Below, piece by piece: positions 23,534-33,768 of a stretch of 64,000 nucleotides of DNA (position 1 is the first letter of the stretch; each line of letters starts with the position of its first letter). The DNA is from an uncultured delta proteobacterium (lineage in GTDB: Bacteria > Desulfobacterota > Desulfobacteria > Desulfobacterales > Desulfosalsimonadaceae), in NCBI GenBank assembly GCA_963826785.1, contig CAWGYD010000006.1, positions 416,001 to 480,000 of the forward strand, written 5' to 3'. The notes below the pieces were generated by a model, which saw only the letters and a program-made list of their open reading frames with translations, was not told the DNA's origin and did not search any database. The translations under genes were made by a program, and so were the position numbers.

Positions 23534-23584
23534 CGAACTCTTGAATCTTGAATTTTCAATTTTGAATCTGCATGGAGGGCCCGC

Positions 23585-24202
23585 TTGCCCAGAAAACGAA
23601 TGACCGCCGACGAACGGCGCCAATCTTTGATCGAAGCCACCATCAAGGTGGTGGCCAAAACCAACTACGACCGGGCGACCACGGCCAAAATCGCCAAGAC
23701 CGCCGGGGTGAACGAGGCCCTGATTTACAGTCATTTTCCCGGAAAAAAAGAGCTCCAGCTGGCCACCCTGGACTACCTGGTCGGTTTCCGGCTGTCCATC
23801 TACAGTTCAAATCCCGTGTTTCTTCCCGAAAACGCGGACCAAAGCATCATGCATGCCTTGAACCTGCAATACCTGGAACGGATCCTTTCGCCCGACATCG
23901 ACATGTTCAACTGCATTTTAAAGGCCATGTACGCCATCGATGCCGATATCCGGGAAAAAGGGTTCCAGTGCTCACAGGCGCTCCATCAGTTCATCAAAAA
24001 CAACCTGCTGGAAGATGCCCGGCGGGGGTTTTTCGACACCAATCGGTTCGATCCCGACATCATCGCATGGGAAAGCCTTTCCCGGATCATGCTGCTCTCC
24101 ACCCTGGCCATCAATAACAAGCTCGACGTTTACGGCCGGGAAAACATGGAAACCGCGGTTCGGGATTTTGAATCCATTTATTTACGCAAAAAAAACCGGT
24201 GA
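23585..24202 (+). CDS. TetR-family regulator
   Basis: ATTAKIAKTAGVNEALIYSHFPGKKEL; TTG start after ggagg. Confidence 0.92.
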   Translation: MPRKRMTADERRQSLIEATIKVVAKTNYDRATTAKIAKTAGVNEALIYSHFPGKKELQLATLDYLVGFRLSIYSSNPVFLPENADQSIMHALNLQYLERILSPDIDMFNCILKAMYAIDADIREKGFQCSQALHQFIKNNLLEDARRGFFDTNRFDPDIIAWESLSRIMLLSTLAINNKLDVYGRENMETAVRDFESIYLRKKNR

Positions 24203-24216
24203 AAAGGAGTAGCGTC

Positions 24217-24966
24217 ATGAAAGAGGCCCAAACGGTCAAACAGCCGGCCGAACAGATGGCCTTGTCCCAATGGACGCCGGTGGAGGAAGTCATCTTCCGG
24301 CGCCGGAGCACCCGGGCGTTTCAGAAAACCCCCCTTCCCGATTTCATGATCCGGCGGATACTGGAGGCCGGCCGCTTTGCCCCGTCGGCCGGAAACAGCC
24401 AGCCCTGGCGGTTTGCGGTGGTCAACAGCCCGGAAATCATCGCGGAAATGGAAAAAGACGCCATTAAAATCTGCAAACAGATGATGTTTATTCTGGATTA
24501 CACCCGGAGCCGGGCGCGCAATCTTCTGCTCAAGCCCATCTCCAAATTTTTCATCCGGCTGCGGCACAACGAACTGCACCCGGTCCCCTTCGGTCTGCTT
24601 AAAGCCATCGCCGAAGACCGGGCACCGGTGTTTCACGGGACGCCCACCCTCATCCTGCTCTTCGAGGACAAGCGCGGGGTGTCGTGCCCGGCCACAGACA
24701 TCGGCATCTGCGGCCAGAACATGATCATCGCCGCCCATTCCATGGGAGCGGCCACCTGCTGGATCGGGCTGATCAAGCTGCTCATGTATCAGCCGAAATG
24801 GAAAAAATTCTTCGGGGTAAAATACCCCTATGCGCTCAACAACTGCATAGCCGTGGGCTGGCCCCGGGTGGCCTCGGACGGCCCGGTGCCCCGGGAGGTG
24901 CAGAAAGTGGAATGGTATACGGGACAGATTTCCGATCCGCCCCGTATCGAAAGACAGGGGGAATGA
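24217..24966 (+). CDS. Nitroreductase-family protein
   Basis: RRSTRAF, APSAGNSQPWRF, AAHSMG.ATCWIG. Confidence 0.9.
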   Translation: MKEAQTVKQPAEQMALSQWTPVEEVIFRRRSTRAFQKTPLPDFMIRRILEAGRFAPSAGNSQPWRFAVVNSPEIIAEMEKDAIKICKQMMFILDYTRSRARNLLLKPISKFFIRLRHNELHPVPFGLLKAIAEDRAPVFHGTPTLILLFEDKRGVSCPATDIGICGQNMIIAAHSMGAATCWIGLIKLLMYQPKWKKFFGVKYPYALNNCIAVGWPRVASDGPVPREVQKVEWYTGQISDPPRIERQGE

Positions 24967-24967
24967 C

Positions 24968-27102
24968 ATGACAGATATTCAATTTTCCCGATGGACGAAA
25001 ATTCCGGATTACAACAGCGCCGAAGACATGACCACGGGGCAGCTGTTTTTTGATGAACAAAAATGCAAACAGTGCGGCATCTGCACCTGGATCTGCCCGG
25101 CCCGCTCCATCCGGCGGGATAAGCGCCCGGGCGCATGGCGGGCCGGCCTGCCCCGGCTGATTCCCACCGCCCCAGGCGTGACCGAATGCATCGCCTGCGG
25201 ATGCTGCGGCGTGTCGTGTCCTGAAGGGGCCATTTCCATTGCCCGTTCCTTTGCGCCGGGCCATTTTTTCCGGCGCCTGACCCAGACCGCAGACCTTCGC
25301 TTCCCCAGGTGCTATACCGATGCCGATGCGCCCACGGAGGAGCACCGGAGCAGTGATGAAACAGCGGAAAAGGCCTCAAAAAAGCTGCCCCGTGATCTGG
25401 CGAAAAAATTCAAGCGCCGGCAATTAAAACTGGCGGGCGCCGCAGCCAGAAGCGTCATGCGCCTGACGGCCGAGCAGATCGCTGCCGGTCGGTTTTTTGC
25501 GGATATGCGCGAAAAGCGCCGGGGAAAGAGCACCGATATTTCCTGGTCCGAGCTGCTGGAGCGGCGGGCCGGCCAGGTGGGTGAAAAATTGTTTTTAAAG
25601 TATCGGGATGAAACCTTCACCTACCGGCAGATGGATGAAAACGCCAACCGGGCGGCCCATTTCCTGCTCAGCCTCGGGGGCGGGCCGGGTAAGGGGCTGG
25701 GAATCTTCATGCGCAATTCCCCGCGGTTCCTGGATATCTTCTTCGGCGCCCAGAAGATCGGCATGTACCTGGTGCCCATCAACCCGGAGCTCAAGGGCGA
25801 CGGCCTGGTCTACCTGGTCAACCACAGCGACATCGAGTTTCTGGCACTGGATGCCGAGCTGCTGGATTCGGTTCAGCCCGCTTTATCCCGGTTTGAACAG
25901 GTCCGCACCGTCATCGTCGACGATGTTGAAAAAGAGGCCGAAGGCATTCCCATTCCAGGAGAATTCGAACGGCTGTCCCCCGCCTATGACCTGTCTTCGG
26001 AAAACCCCGGCATCGGCCACAACCCGGATGACATCTGCCTGATTATCTACACCTCCGGAACCACCGGCCCGCCCAAGGGGGTGGTCTACCGGTACCGGAC
26101 CTCCTCGGTCAAGCGGCTGATGTTTTTCGGCAATATATTCGTTGAAAAGGAAGACACCTACTACACCTGTCTTCCCTTGTGCCACGGCAATGCCCTGTTC
26201 ATCACCACCACCATGACCCTGGCCGCAAAAGCCACCATGGCCCTGTCCCGCAAGTTTTCCGCCAGCCGGTTCTGGGATGAGATCCGGCAATATGATGCCA
26301 CCCTGTTTAACACCATCGGCTCCATCATCCCCATCCTGATGAAGCAGCCGGAAAATAAGACCGATGCTGAACACCGGGTGCGGGTGGTCTTTTCCGCCGC
26401 CTGCCCGACGGAAATGTGGGAGCCCTTTGAAAAGCGGTTCGGGGTCACCCTGTACGAGGGATACGGCGCCGTGGACGGCGGGCGGCAAGGGGATCATGAA
26501 CCTGGGGACCGCGCCGGTAGGGTCTTTGGGCAAGCCCACCGGCGGCGCCAAAGTCGATCCGCATCGCGGATGAAAACGGCAATCCGCTGCCTGCCGGCCA
26601 GGTGGGCGAACTGATGTTCAAGATGAAAGCGGGCGAAAGCCGTGTGGCCTACTACAAGAATGAAGATGCCTCCCGGAATAAATCCGGGGACGGCTGGCTG
26701 CGCACCGGCGACCTGGTCCGGTCCGACGAATACGGATTTCTCTATTTTGTGGGCAGAAACACGGAATCGATGCGCAAAAGCGGCGAAAATGTGTCGGCCT
26801 ACGAGGTGGAGCACGTCATTCTGGATCACCCGGCGGTGGAAGACGCGGCCGTCTACGCGGTGCCATCCGAGATGAGCGAGGACGAGATCATGGCTGCGGT
26901 GAAGAAGGTGGACGGACAGGGCGTCTCCGCGCCGGAGCTCAGGGCATTTCTTTCCGAACGCCTGGCCAGGTATGCCGTCCCCCGCTACATCCGGTTTGTG
27001 GATGAATTTCCCAAGACCACCAGCCACCGGATCATCAAACGGGTGCTGGAGGATGAGGGGGTGACAGGAGATACATTTGATGCACTGGGGGTGAACCGAT
27101 GA
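24968..27102 (+). CDS. 2x[4Fe-4S] ferredoxin domain fused to a CaiC-like acyl-CoA ligase (two apparent +1 frameshifts ~26481 and ~26551)
   Basis: CKQCGICTWICP and CIACGCCGVSCP, then YTSGTTGPPKG, YEGYG, WLRTGD, GENVS, PKTTSHR across three frames. Confidence 0.82.
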
Positions 27103-27938
27103 AAAAGTTTCCGGAAAAACGGATTGTCATTACAGGCGGCGGCAGCGGTCTGGGCCGCACCCTGGCCCTTGATTTTGCTAAAAAAGGGTGGAAGGTGGCC
27201 GTCAGCGACATCAATCGGGAACGTGCCGACGAAACCGCGCGGGATGTCGATTCTGCCGGCGGGACCGGATTGGCGGTACATGGCGATGTGGCCCGCCTGG
27301 AAGACATCGAAGCGCTCGCCCGAGCGGTAACCGAGCAATGGGGCGGGGCCGACATCATCGTCAACAACGCCGGGGTCCCGGTGGCCGGTTTCGTGGACCA
27401 GATCCCCATGGAAGACTGGAAATGGGAAATCGATATCAATCTCATGGGGGTCATCCACGGGTGCCGGACATTCATCCCCTTGTTCAAACGCCAGGGCGGT
27501 GGCCACATTGTGAACATCGCCTCATCGGCGGGCATCTGCTCCCTTGCAGAAATGGCCCCGTACAACGTCACCAAGGCCGGGGTGATTTCGCTGTCCGAAA
27601 CCCTGCGGGTGGAGCTGTCCGGTGAAAACATCGGGGTGAGCGTGGTCTGCCCCACCTTTTTCAAGACCAATCTGCTGGACCAGTACCGGTGCACGGAAGA
27701 CCGCCAGCGGCAGATGGCCCAGGCCTTTTTCGCCAAATCCAAATGCAGCGCCGAAGACATCAGCCGCCACATTATCTCCTCCATCGAGAAAAACCGGCTC
27801 TATGTCCTCACCCAGGCCGATGCCAAGTTTTTCTGGTTGCTCAAACGGCTGATGCCCCAGACGTTTTACACGGTCATGGGGTGGGTCTACCGGAAAAAAT
27901 TACTGGAAAAGGCGCTGGGGATCGCTCCGGCCAATTAA
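27099..27938 (+). CDS. Short-chain dehydrogenase/reductase
   Basis: TGGGSGLG, NNAG, YNVTK. Confidence 0.93.
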   Translation: MKKFPEKRIVITGGGSGLGRTLALDFAKKGWKVAVSDINRERADETARDVDSAGGTGLAVHGDVARLEDIEALARAVTEQWGGADIIVNNAGVPVAGFVDQIPMEDWKWEIDINLMGVIHGCRTFIPLFKRQGGGHIVNIASSAGICSLAEMAPYNVTKAGVISLSETLRVELSGENIGVSVVCPTFFKTNLLDQYRCTEDRQRQMAQAFFAKSKCSAEDISRHIISSIEKNRLYVLTQADAKFFWLLKRLMPQTFYTVMGWVYRKKLLEKALGIAPAN

Positions 27939-27997
27939 GGGTCCGTCCCGACATAAGGGTTATCGATTTGGTGTCGAGGCGCCTGCCGTATCCTCTC

Positions 27998-28102
27998 CGT
28001 CATTCCGGCAGTTTTTTAAGCCGGAATCCAGTAGTTTTAGCATGTCATAGACTCCGGCTTTCGCCAGAGTGACGAACTTTGAATTTTTTATGGATTCATC
28101 AA
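27998..28102. repeat. Second REP-doublet family (cgtcattccggc...gccggaatccag), followed by a ...tttttatggattcatcaa end
   Basis: cgtcattccggc..gccggaatccag / tagactccggctttcgccagagtgacg inverted pair; terminal motif matches the right end of 7191-7400. Confidence 0.7.
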
Positions 28103-28130
28103 ATGAAAATTGTGAATTGCCCATTGGTGA

Positions 28131-29660
28131 ATGGATAAACAAGAACAGGAGCAGCCCATGATTTCCCGATCTGAAGTCAAGCAATACGCCAACCGCTATC
28201 CCCGGTTTATAGACATGACCTGCAGCCTGCCCGCCGCGCCGAAGATGCCTGCATTGATGGTGCGCGAAACCCGCAAGGTGGTGGCCCTGGCCCGGAAATT
28301 CAACCAGGAGGTGATCCGGCCCTATGCGCTGGAGCTGGACCGGAAGCTGCACGAAAACCCGGATTTTCTCCCCTGGGACTTCGTGGAAAAAGCCAATGAC
28401 TGGGGGTTTTATACCATGTGGATCCCCAAGATCTTCGGCGGCAGGGGCTATTCCATGCCCTCCATGTGCTATTTCATCGAGGAGATCGCCTCGGCGTGCC
28501 TCGCCATGGCCAACCTCATCGGGGTGCATTACCTGGGCGTTTCCACCCTCACCGCCACCTGGAACATGCGGCTGATCAACCGCATCTGCCGGGAGGTGGC
28601 CGCCGGCGAAAAAAATCATACGCCCTGCATGATCACCCTGGCCATCACGGAGCCCGGGGCCGGCACCGATGTGGAGGAGATCGACCTGGTGGACAAGGGG
28701 AGCGTGACCTGCCATGCCCAAAAGGTGGAGGGCGGGTATAAGCTAAACGGCACCAAAATCTTTATTTCCAACGGGCATCTCTCTCTCTGGCACATGGTGA
28801 TCGCCTACTCGGATCTGGACAAGCCGTCGGATACCACGGTGGCCCTGGCGGTCAAGACCGGCACCCCCGGGTTTTCCTTCGGCCGCAAGGAAAACAAGAT
28901 GGGGCAGAAGGGGTGCCCGGCCAGTGAACTGATCTTCAAAGACTGCTTTGTCGCCGACGACCTGGTGTGCATGGCCCCGGAGCAGATGACCAACAGCCGC
29001 CGGCCCTACCGGGAAGTCAACATGCAGATGATCGATTTTGTGGTGTCGGCCACCCGGGCCGGGGTGGGGGCATTTGCCACGGGCGCGGCCCGGGGGGCGT
29101 ATGCGGCGGCCCTGGCGTTTGCCTCGGAAACCGAGGTGGCTGGAAAGCTTCTGATCAACCACGAATGGGCCCAGTGCATGCTGGCGGAGATGTACAAGAA
29201 CATCGCCCTGTCGCGGCTCTCCTATGCGGAAACCAATTATGCCAACAGCATCTATGGTTTTTTCCGGGAAATCCAGAAAAAGCCCATGTACTATTATTAC
29301 AAGATGATGCCGGTCAGCTGGCTGGGAAAAATGGTCCCTCCCCTGATGGAAAAACCCTGGGCCACCACCTGGTTTCGAAAAAAGCAGATGGATGGCCAGA
29401 CCGATGAAGAGATCCACCGCACCTCCGGGTGGGCGTCTCTCTCCAAGTTCGCGGCCACCGATTTCGGCATCAAGACCTGCCACATGGCACTGGAGATGAT
29501 GGGACAGGCCGGGCTGCGGCATGACAGGGGCGCGGAAAAAATCCTGCGGGATGCCAAGCTGCTCCAGATTTACGAAGGCACCAACCAGCTCAACCGCTTG
29601 AACCTGTTTAAATGCCTCATCGCCCCGGAATTTCCCCAAGCCGTAATATTTGAAGAATGA
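28131..29660 (+). CDS. Acyl-CoA dehydrogenase (catalytic-type)
   Basis: AITEPGAGTD, LNGTKIFISNG, KMGQKG, RDAKLLQIYEGTNQ. Confidence 0.93.
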   Translation: MDKQEQEQPMISRSEVKQYANRYPRFIDMTCSLPAAPKMPALMVRETRKVVALARKFNQEVIRPYALELDRKLHENPDFLPWDFVEKANDWGFYTMWIPKIFGGRGYSMPSMCYFIEEIASACLAMANLIGVHYLGVSTLTATWNMRLINRICREVAAGEKNHTPCMITLAITEPGAGTDVEEIDLVDKGSVTCHAQKVEGGYKLNGTKIFISNGHLSLWHMVIAYSDLDKPSDTTVALAVKTGTPGFSFGRKENKMGQKGCPASELIFKDCFVADDLVCMAPEQMTNSRRPYREVNMQMIDFVVSATRAGVGAFATGAARGAYAAALAFASETEVAGKLLINHEWAQCMLAEMYKNIALSRLSYAETNYANSIYGFFREIQKKPMYYYYKMMPVSWLGKMVPPLMEKPWATTWFRKKQMDGQTDEEIHRTSGWASLSKFAATDFGIKTCHMALEMMGQAGLRHDRGAEKILRDAKLLQIYEGTNQLNRLNLFKCLIAPEFPQAVIFEE

Positions 29661-29692
29661 AAGAAAATGAAAGACCCTTGTCCAAGCCGCCT

Positions 29693-29911
29693 GACACCCC
29701 CCCTTAGCCCCCCTCGAGGGGGGAATTATCTTTTTTGAGACGAGAACGATTTCATACATGCCGCTTAAAATTATAAATAGCCCAATCCAAATCCCTCTTC
29801 GAGGGGGGCAAAAGGGCGCCCCCTCAGGGAAGCAAAATTGCCCGATTTTTTCTCAGGCGAAATGAAGGTTATCAAATATATTCCCCCCTTGAGGGGGGCT
29901 AGGGGGGTGTC
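29693..29911. repeat. Expanded REPIN-like cluster (two good outer arms, degenerate internal arm(s))
   Basis: Left arm 29693-29726, degenerate arm ~29790-29820, right arm 29880-29911. Confidence 0.85.
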
Positions 29912-29989
29912 GATGCAGACGGGGACAAAATCATTGACCGATAACAAAAAGATAAAAAGCGGAATTGACAATATCCAGGAGGAACTTTC

Positions 29990-31111
29990 ATGATCGCCGG
30001 AAAAGACAAAGAACTCAATCTGCTGGACAAGGCGTCCGCCGAGTTTGCGAAAAAAGAGCTCGCCCCCCAGCGTGAAGCAAATGACAAATTCCCCTTCGGG
30101 CCGTTTTTTGATCCGGTCCTGAAAAAAGCGCATGACCTCGAATTCTTCCATGTCATGCTCCCCGAGGATCTGGGCGGCATCGGCCACGGCATGGCCGGGC
30201 TGTGCATCGTGCTTGCCAACATCTGCAAAGAAGACGCCAGTCTGGGGGGGATTCTGTTCACCCACACCGCGGCCTGTGAGCTGATGATGGCGGCCGGGGC
30301 CCAAGCCCGGGTCAAAACCATTGCCGCAGATTCGGACGATATCAAAAAATTTCTCATCGCCCTGCCCGTGTTCAACAACCCGGCGGAAATTTCGCACCTG
30401 GCCCGGGCCGAACAGAAAGACGGCAACTGGGTGTTAAACGGCCGCCTCGAATACGTGGTGCTGGGCGCAATGGCCGGCCACGCCCTCATCCCGGCAAGCA
30501 CCGGCGGCGGCAACGGTTACTCCTGGTTTTTAGTCGATCCGGCATCAAAGGGCGTGGACCGGAGCGACCCGGTGATGAGCCTGGGGCTGCACGCCTGCCC
30601 GGCCGTGGACATGACCTTTGGCGATGCGCCGGCACAACTTTTGGGCGGGGAAGGGAGCGGGGCGGCCATCTTTGGCAAAATGGCCGGGCGGATGCAGCTG
30701 CCCGCGGCCGCCATGTCATTAGGGATCATGAAGGGATCCTTCAGGGAAGCCTTTGAATATACCAAAGGCCGCAAGCAGGGCGGGCGCAAGATCCTGGACT
30801 GGTCGGAAATCCGCATGATGCTTTCCGACATGGTGGTCAAGATCAAATCGGGCGATCTGATCCTGTCGGCCGCCTGCCGGGCCGCCGATGAAAACGCCGC
30901 CGGATGGCAGGCCAGCGCCGAGGCCGCGGCCGTGCGTATCCAGGCCGATGCCTGCGACCTGACCACCGACGGCATCCAGGTCCTGGGCGGCATCGGGTAC
31001 ATGAAAGATTACGGCCAGGAAAAACGGTTCCGGGACGCCAAGCACCTCCAGGCTTTGCTGGGGCTGGCGCCGTTGAAAAAGCTCAAGCTCATCGAGGACA
31101 TGATTCGTTAG
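29990..31111 (+). CDS. Acyl-CoA dehydrogenase family protein (divergent, lacks canonical catalytic Glu)
   Basis: PEDLGG, RKQGG, IQVLGGIGY, EKRFRDAK; LQALLG where IYEG is expected. Confidence 0.85.
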   Translation: MIAGKDKELNLLDKASAEFAKKELAPQREANDKFPFGPFFDPVLKKAHDLEFFHVMLPEDLGGIGHGMAGLCIVLANICKEDASLGGILFTHTAACELMMAAGAQARVKTIAADSDDIKKFLIALPVFNNPAEISHLARAEQKDGNWVLNGRLEYVVLGAMAGHALIPASTGGGNGYSWFLVDPASKGVDRSDPVMSLGLHACPAVDMTFGDAPAQLLGGEGSGAAIFGKMAGRMQLPAAAMSLGIMKGSFREAFEYTKGRKQGGRKILDWSEIRMMLSDMVVKIKSGDLILSAACRAADENAAGWQASAEAAAVRIQADACDLTTDGIQVLGGIGYMKDYGQEKRFRDAKHLQALLGLAPLKKLKLIEDMIR

Positions 31112-31154
31112 AATAGCGCGAAAGTCGAGCAGCGTGAACGCGCTTTGATGTCCG

Positions 31155-31243
31155 ATTCCCCCCTTTCGCAAAGGGGGGCGAGGGGGGATTTAAGACGGCC
31201 TGCACAAAAATCCCCCTAAATCCCCCTTTGAAAAAGGGGGACT
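31155..31243. repeat. Related REP doublet subfamily (ccccctttNNNaaaggggg)
   Basis: attcccccctttcgcaaaggggggcgaggggggattt / aaatccccctaaatccccctttgaaaaagggggact. Confidence 0.8.
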
Positions 31244-31421
31244 TCCTCACCGGGAATAATCTTGTTTCTGAGGGTGGTTCGCTTCTTTTCGTTCCTAAAG
31301 TAAATCGAGCGCTCGTTCTTTTTAAAATTGACTTGTTCCTTAAATGGACATACATATTTTTGAGCCGATCATAATCCATCCGTTCTAAACCATCAATCTG
31401 TTCAGATACGAGGAGAAGAGC

Positions 31422-32573
31422 ATGAAGATCGATGACATCAAAACCGTTGCGGTTCTGGGCGCCGGCGACATGGGGCACGGCATCGCAGAAGTGGCCCTAA
31501 TCAATGGATACAAAGTGTTTCTGCGGGACATCAAGCCCGAATTCGTGGAAAAAGGGGTCTCCCGCATTCACGACAGTCTGGCCAAGCTGGTGAGCAAGGG
31601 AAAAGTCCCTGCCGAACATCACGAAAAGATAAAATCCGAACTGCTCGTCCCTGTCACGGATCTGGATGCGGCGGTGAAGGAAGCCGACCTGGTGATCGAG
31701 GCCATCCCGGAGATCATGGATCTCAAAAAAGAGACCTTCCGCCAGATCGACAAATCCGCGCCCGCCCACACCCTGTTTGCCTCTAACACCTCCACCATGA
31801 GCATTTCGGAAATCGCCTCGGTGACCGGCCGCCCTGACAAGATGCTGGGCCTGCACTATTTCAACCCGGCGGTCCTGATGAAGCTGGTGGAAGTGATCAA
31901 GGGGGATCAGACTTCGGAAGAGACCCTGCAGCTGGGGTATGAATTCGTGGTCAAAAACAACAAGGTGCCCGTGCGGGTGAACAAGGACGTACCCGGGTTT
32001 ATCGTCAACCGGGTCCAGGCGCCCAGCGCCGTCCTGCTGAATTGCATTCTGGATGAAAAAATCGCCGAACCCGAACAGGTGGATGCGGTGATGCGCAAGC
32101 TGGGCATGCCCATGGGCCCCTATGAGACCATGGATTACACCGGGCTCGACATCAACGTGCACGGCTCCAATTACTATGCCCAGGCCATTCACCCGGATTT
32201 CGCCCCCGGAAAGACCCTCATGGCCAAATTCAAGGCGGGGGAACTGGGTAAAAAAACGGGCAAAGGTTTTTTCGACTGGTCCGGCGGCCGCCCGAACATC
32301 GATGTATCCAAGGCCACGGACAAATTCGATCCCCTGGACCTGGTGGCGGTCAACACCAATGAGGCGGCCAAGATCGTGGAGATGGGCGTATGCTCCTTTG
32401 AAGACGTGGATACCGCCATCATCAACGCCACCGGAAATCCCATGGGCCTGATCGCGGTGGCCAAGTCCATGCCACCCGACCAGTTGGCCGGCCGCCTGGA
32501 AAATCTTTCCCGGAAATTCAACAAGGAGATCTTTGCGCCCAGCCGGCTGATCCGGGAAGGGGCTTACCGGTAA
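31422..32573 (+). CDS. 3-hydroxyacyl-CoA dehydrogenase
   Basis: GAGDMGHG, IEAIPE, SNTS, HYFNP, GFIVNR, PMGP, GKKTGKGF. Confidence 0.93.
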   Translation: MKIDDIKTVAVLGAGDMGHGIAEVALINGYKVFLRDIKPEFVEKGVSRIHDSLAKLVSKGKVPAEHHEKIKSELLVPVTDLDAAVKEADLVIEAIPEIMDLKKETFRQIDKSAPAHTLFASNTSTMSISEIASVTGRPDKMLGLHYFNPAVLMKLVEVIKGDQTSEETLQLGYEFVVKNNKVPVRVNKDVPGFIVNRVQAPSAVLLNCILDEKIAEPEQVDAVMRKLGMPMGPYETMDYTGLDINVHGSNYYAQAIHPDFAPGKTLMAKFKAGELGKKTGKGFFDWSGGRPNIDVSKATDKFDPLDLVAVNTNEAAKIVEMGVCSFEDVDTAIINATGNPMGLIAVAKSMPPDQLAGRLENLSRKFNKEIFAPSRLIREGAYR

Positions 32574-32601
32574 CAGATTTAAATCTTCAAGGAGAAATGC
32601 C

Positions 32602-33369
32602 ATGCAGCTCGATACCATGATACTCGACATCAAAGATTACATCGCCACCATCACCTTCAACCGGCCGCCGGCCAACACCTGGAATTTTGCCGCCATGGCC
32701 GACTTTGAAAAGGCGCTCGATGCCGTGGAGCAGGACAAGGAGGTCCGGGTGGTGATTCTCACCGGTTCCGGCAGCAAATGCTTTTCCGCCGGTTTTGACG
32801 TCACCGACGCCGGCAACCCGGAGACCGGTCCCAAGGGAGAGGCCCTGTGGCGCCGGGTGGACCGCTTCTCCAAGCCCATTATCGCCGCCATGAACGGACA
32901 TGCCTACGGCGGCGGGCTGGAGCTGGCCCTGTCCTGTCATTTCCGGATCATGATCGACTCGCCCCAGGCCAAGATCGGCCTGACCGAACTCAACCTGGGC
33001 ATCATTCCCGGCTGGGGCGGCACCCAGCGCATGATGCGGGTGGTGGGCAAGGCCAAAGCGCTGGACATGATCCTGTTTTCCCGGCGGGTGGATGCAACGC
33101 AGGCCCTGGAAATGGGACTGGTCCACCAGATCGCCGCGCTGGAAACCTTCCGGCAGACCGTCGATGACTTTGCGGCAAAAATTGCCGAACGGCCTCCCAT
33201 TGCGGTCCGCTGCGTTCTTGATGCCATGACCGCAGGACTCTACGAAGGGATGGACGCCGGATTGGAAAAGGAGCGGGAAGGAAGCAAGACCGTTTCCCAA
33301 TCCAAAGATGCCATCGAGGGGTTTACGGCCTTTCTGGAGAAGCGCGCCCCTGTGTTCAAGGGAGAGTAG
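32602..33369 (+). CDS. Enoyl-CoA hydratase
   Basis: FSAGFD, GGGLELAL, ELNLGIIPGWGGTQR. Confidence 0.93.
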   Translation: MQLDTMILDIKDYIATITFNRPPANTWNFAAMADFEKALDAVEQDKEVRVVILTGSGSKCFSAGFDVTDAGNPETGPKGEALWRRVDRFSKPIIAAMNGHAYGGGLELALSCHFRIMIDSPQAKIGLTELNLGIIPGWGGTQRMMRVVGKAKALDMILFSRRVDATQALEMGLVHQIAALETFRQTVDDFAAKIAERPPIAVRCVLDAMTAGLYEGMDAGLEKEREGSKTVSQSKDAIEGFTAFLEKRAPVFKGE

Positions 33370-33376
33370 GCTTTTG

Positions 33377-33414
33377 TTTTGAACGGGCCCCGCGGTCCCG
33401 GGACCCGTTCAAAA
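33377..33414. terminator. Hairpin terminator ending the beta-oxidation genes
   Basis: ttttgaacggg ... cccgttcaaaa. Confidence 0.65.
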
Positions 33415-33687
33415 ACTGTCCGGTTTGCCATTGTCTTTTGGGCAGTGCTTTTTAGTGTACACCTGTCTACAATTATTTATTCTTTTATCCACCCGCCCCC
33501 CGTTTTTCGGCATCGATTGAGACGCCACCGGCTAACTTTTTCTTCAGACTTCTAAAATTTTTCATTTTTTGATCCGTTTTTAAATTGCGTATTCACGTGG
33601 GAAAAAAGGGTGTTGGGCAGCGAAGCGCTTCTGTTATCAATAGATGATATCGGATTATCGGTATCGAATGCTTTAAAACCGGGGTTT

Positions 33688-33703
33688 TGGCATCGGTTTT
33701 GCT
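33688..33703 (+). promoter_or_regulatory. Sigma-54 (-24/-12) promoter
   Basis: tggcat-cggtt-ttgct matches TGGCAY-N5-TTGCW, 65 bp before an RBS/ATG at 33769. Confidence 0.65.
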
Positions 33704-33768
33704 TGCTTATTCGCGAGTGTTTCAGAAGTTTTCCGACCACCCTTCTTAAACGGCCGATGAGGAGGTTG

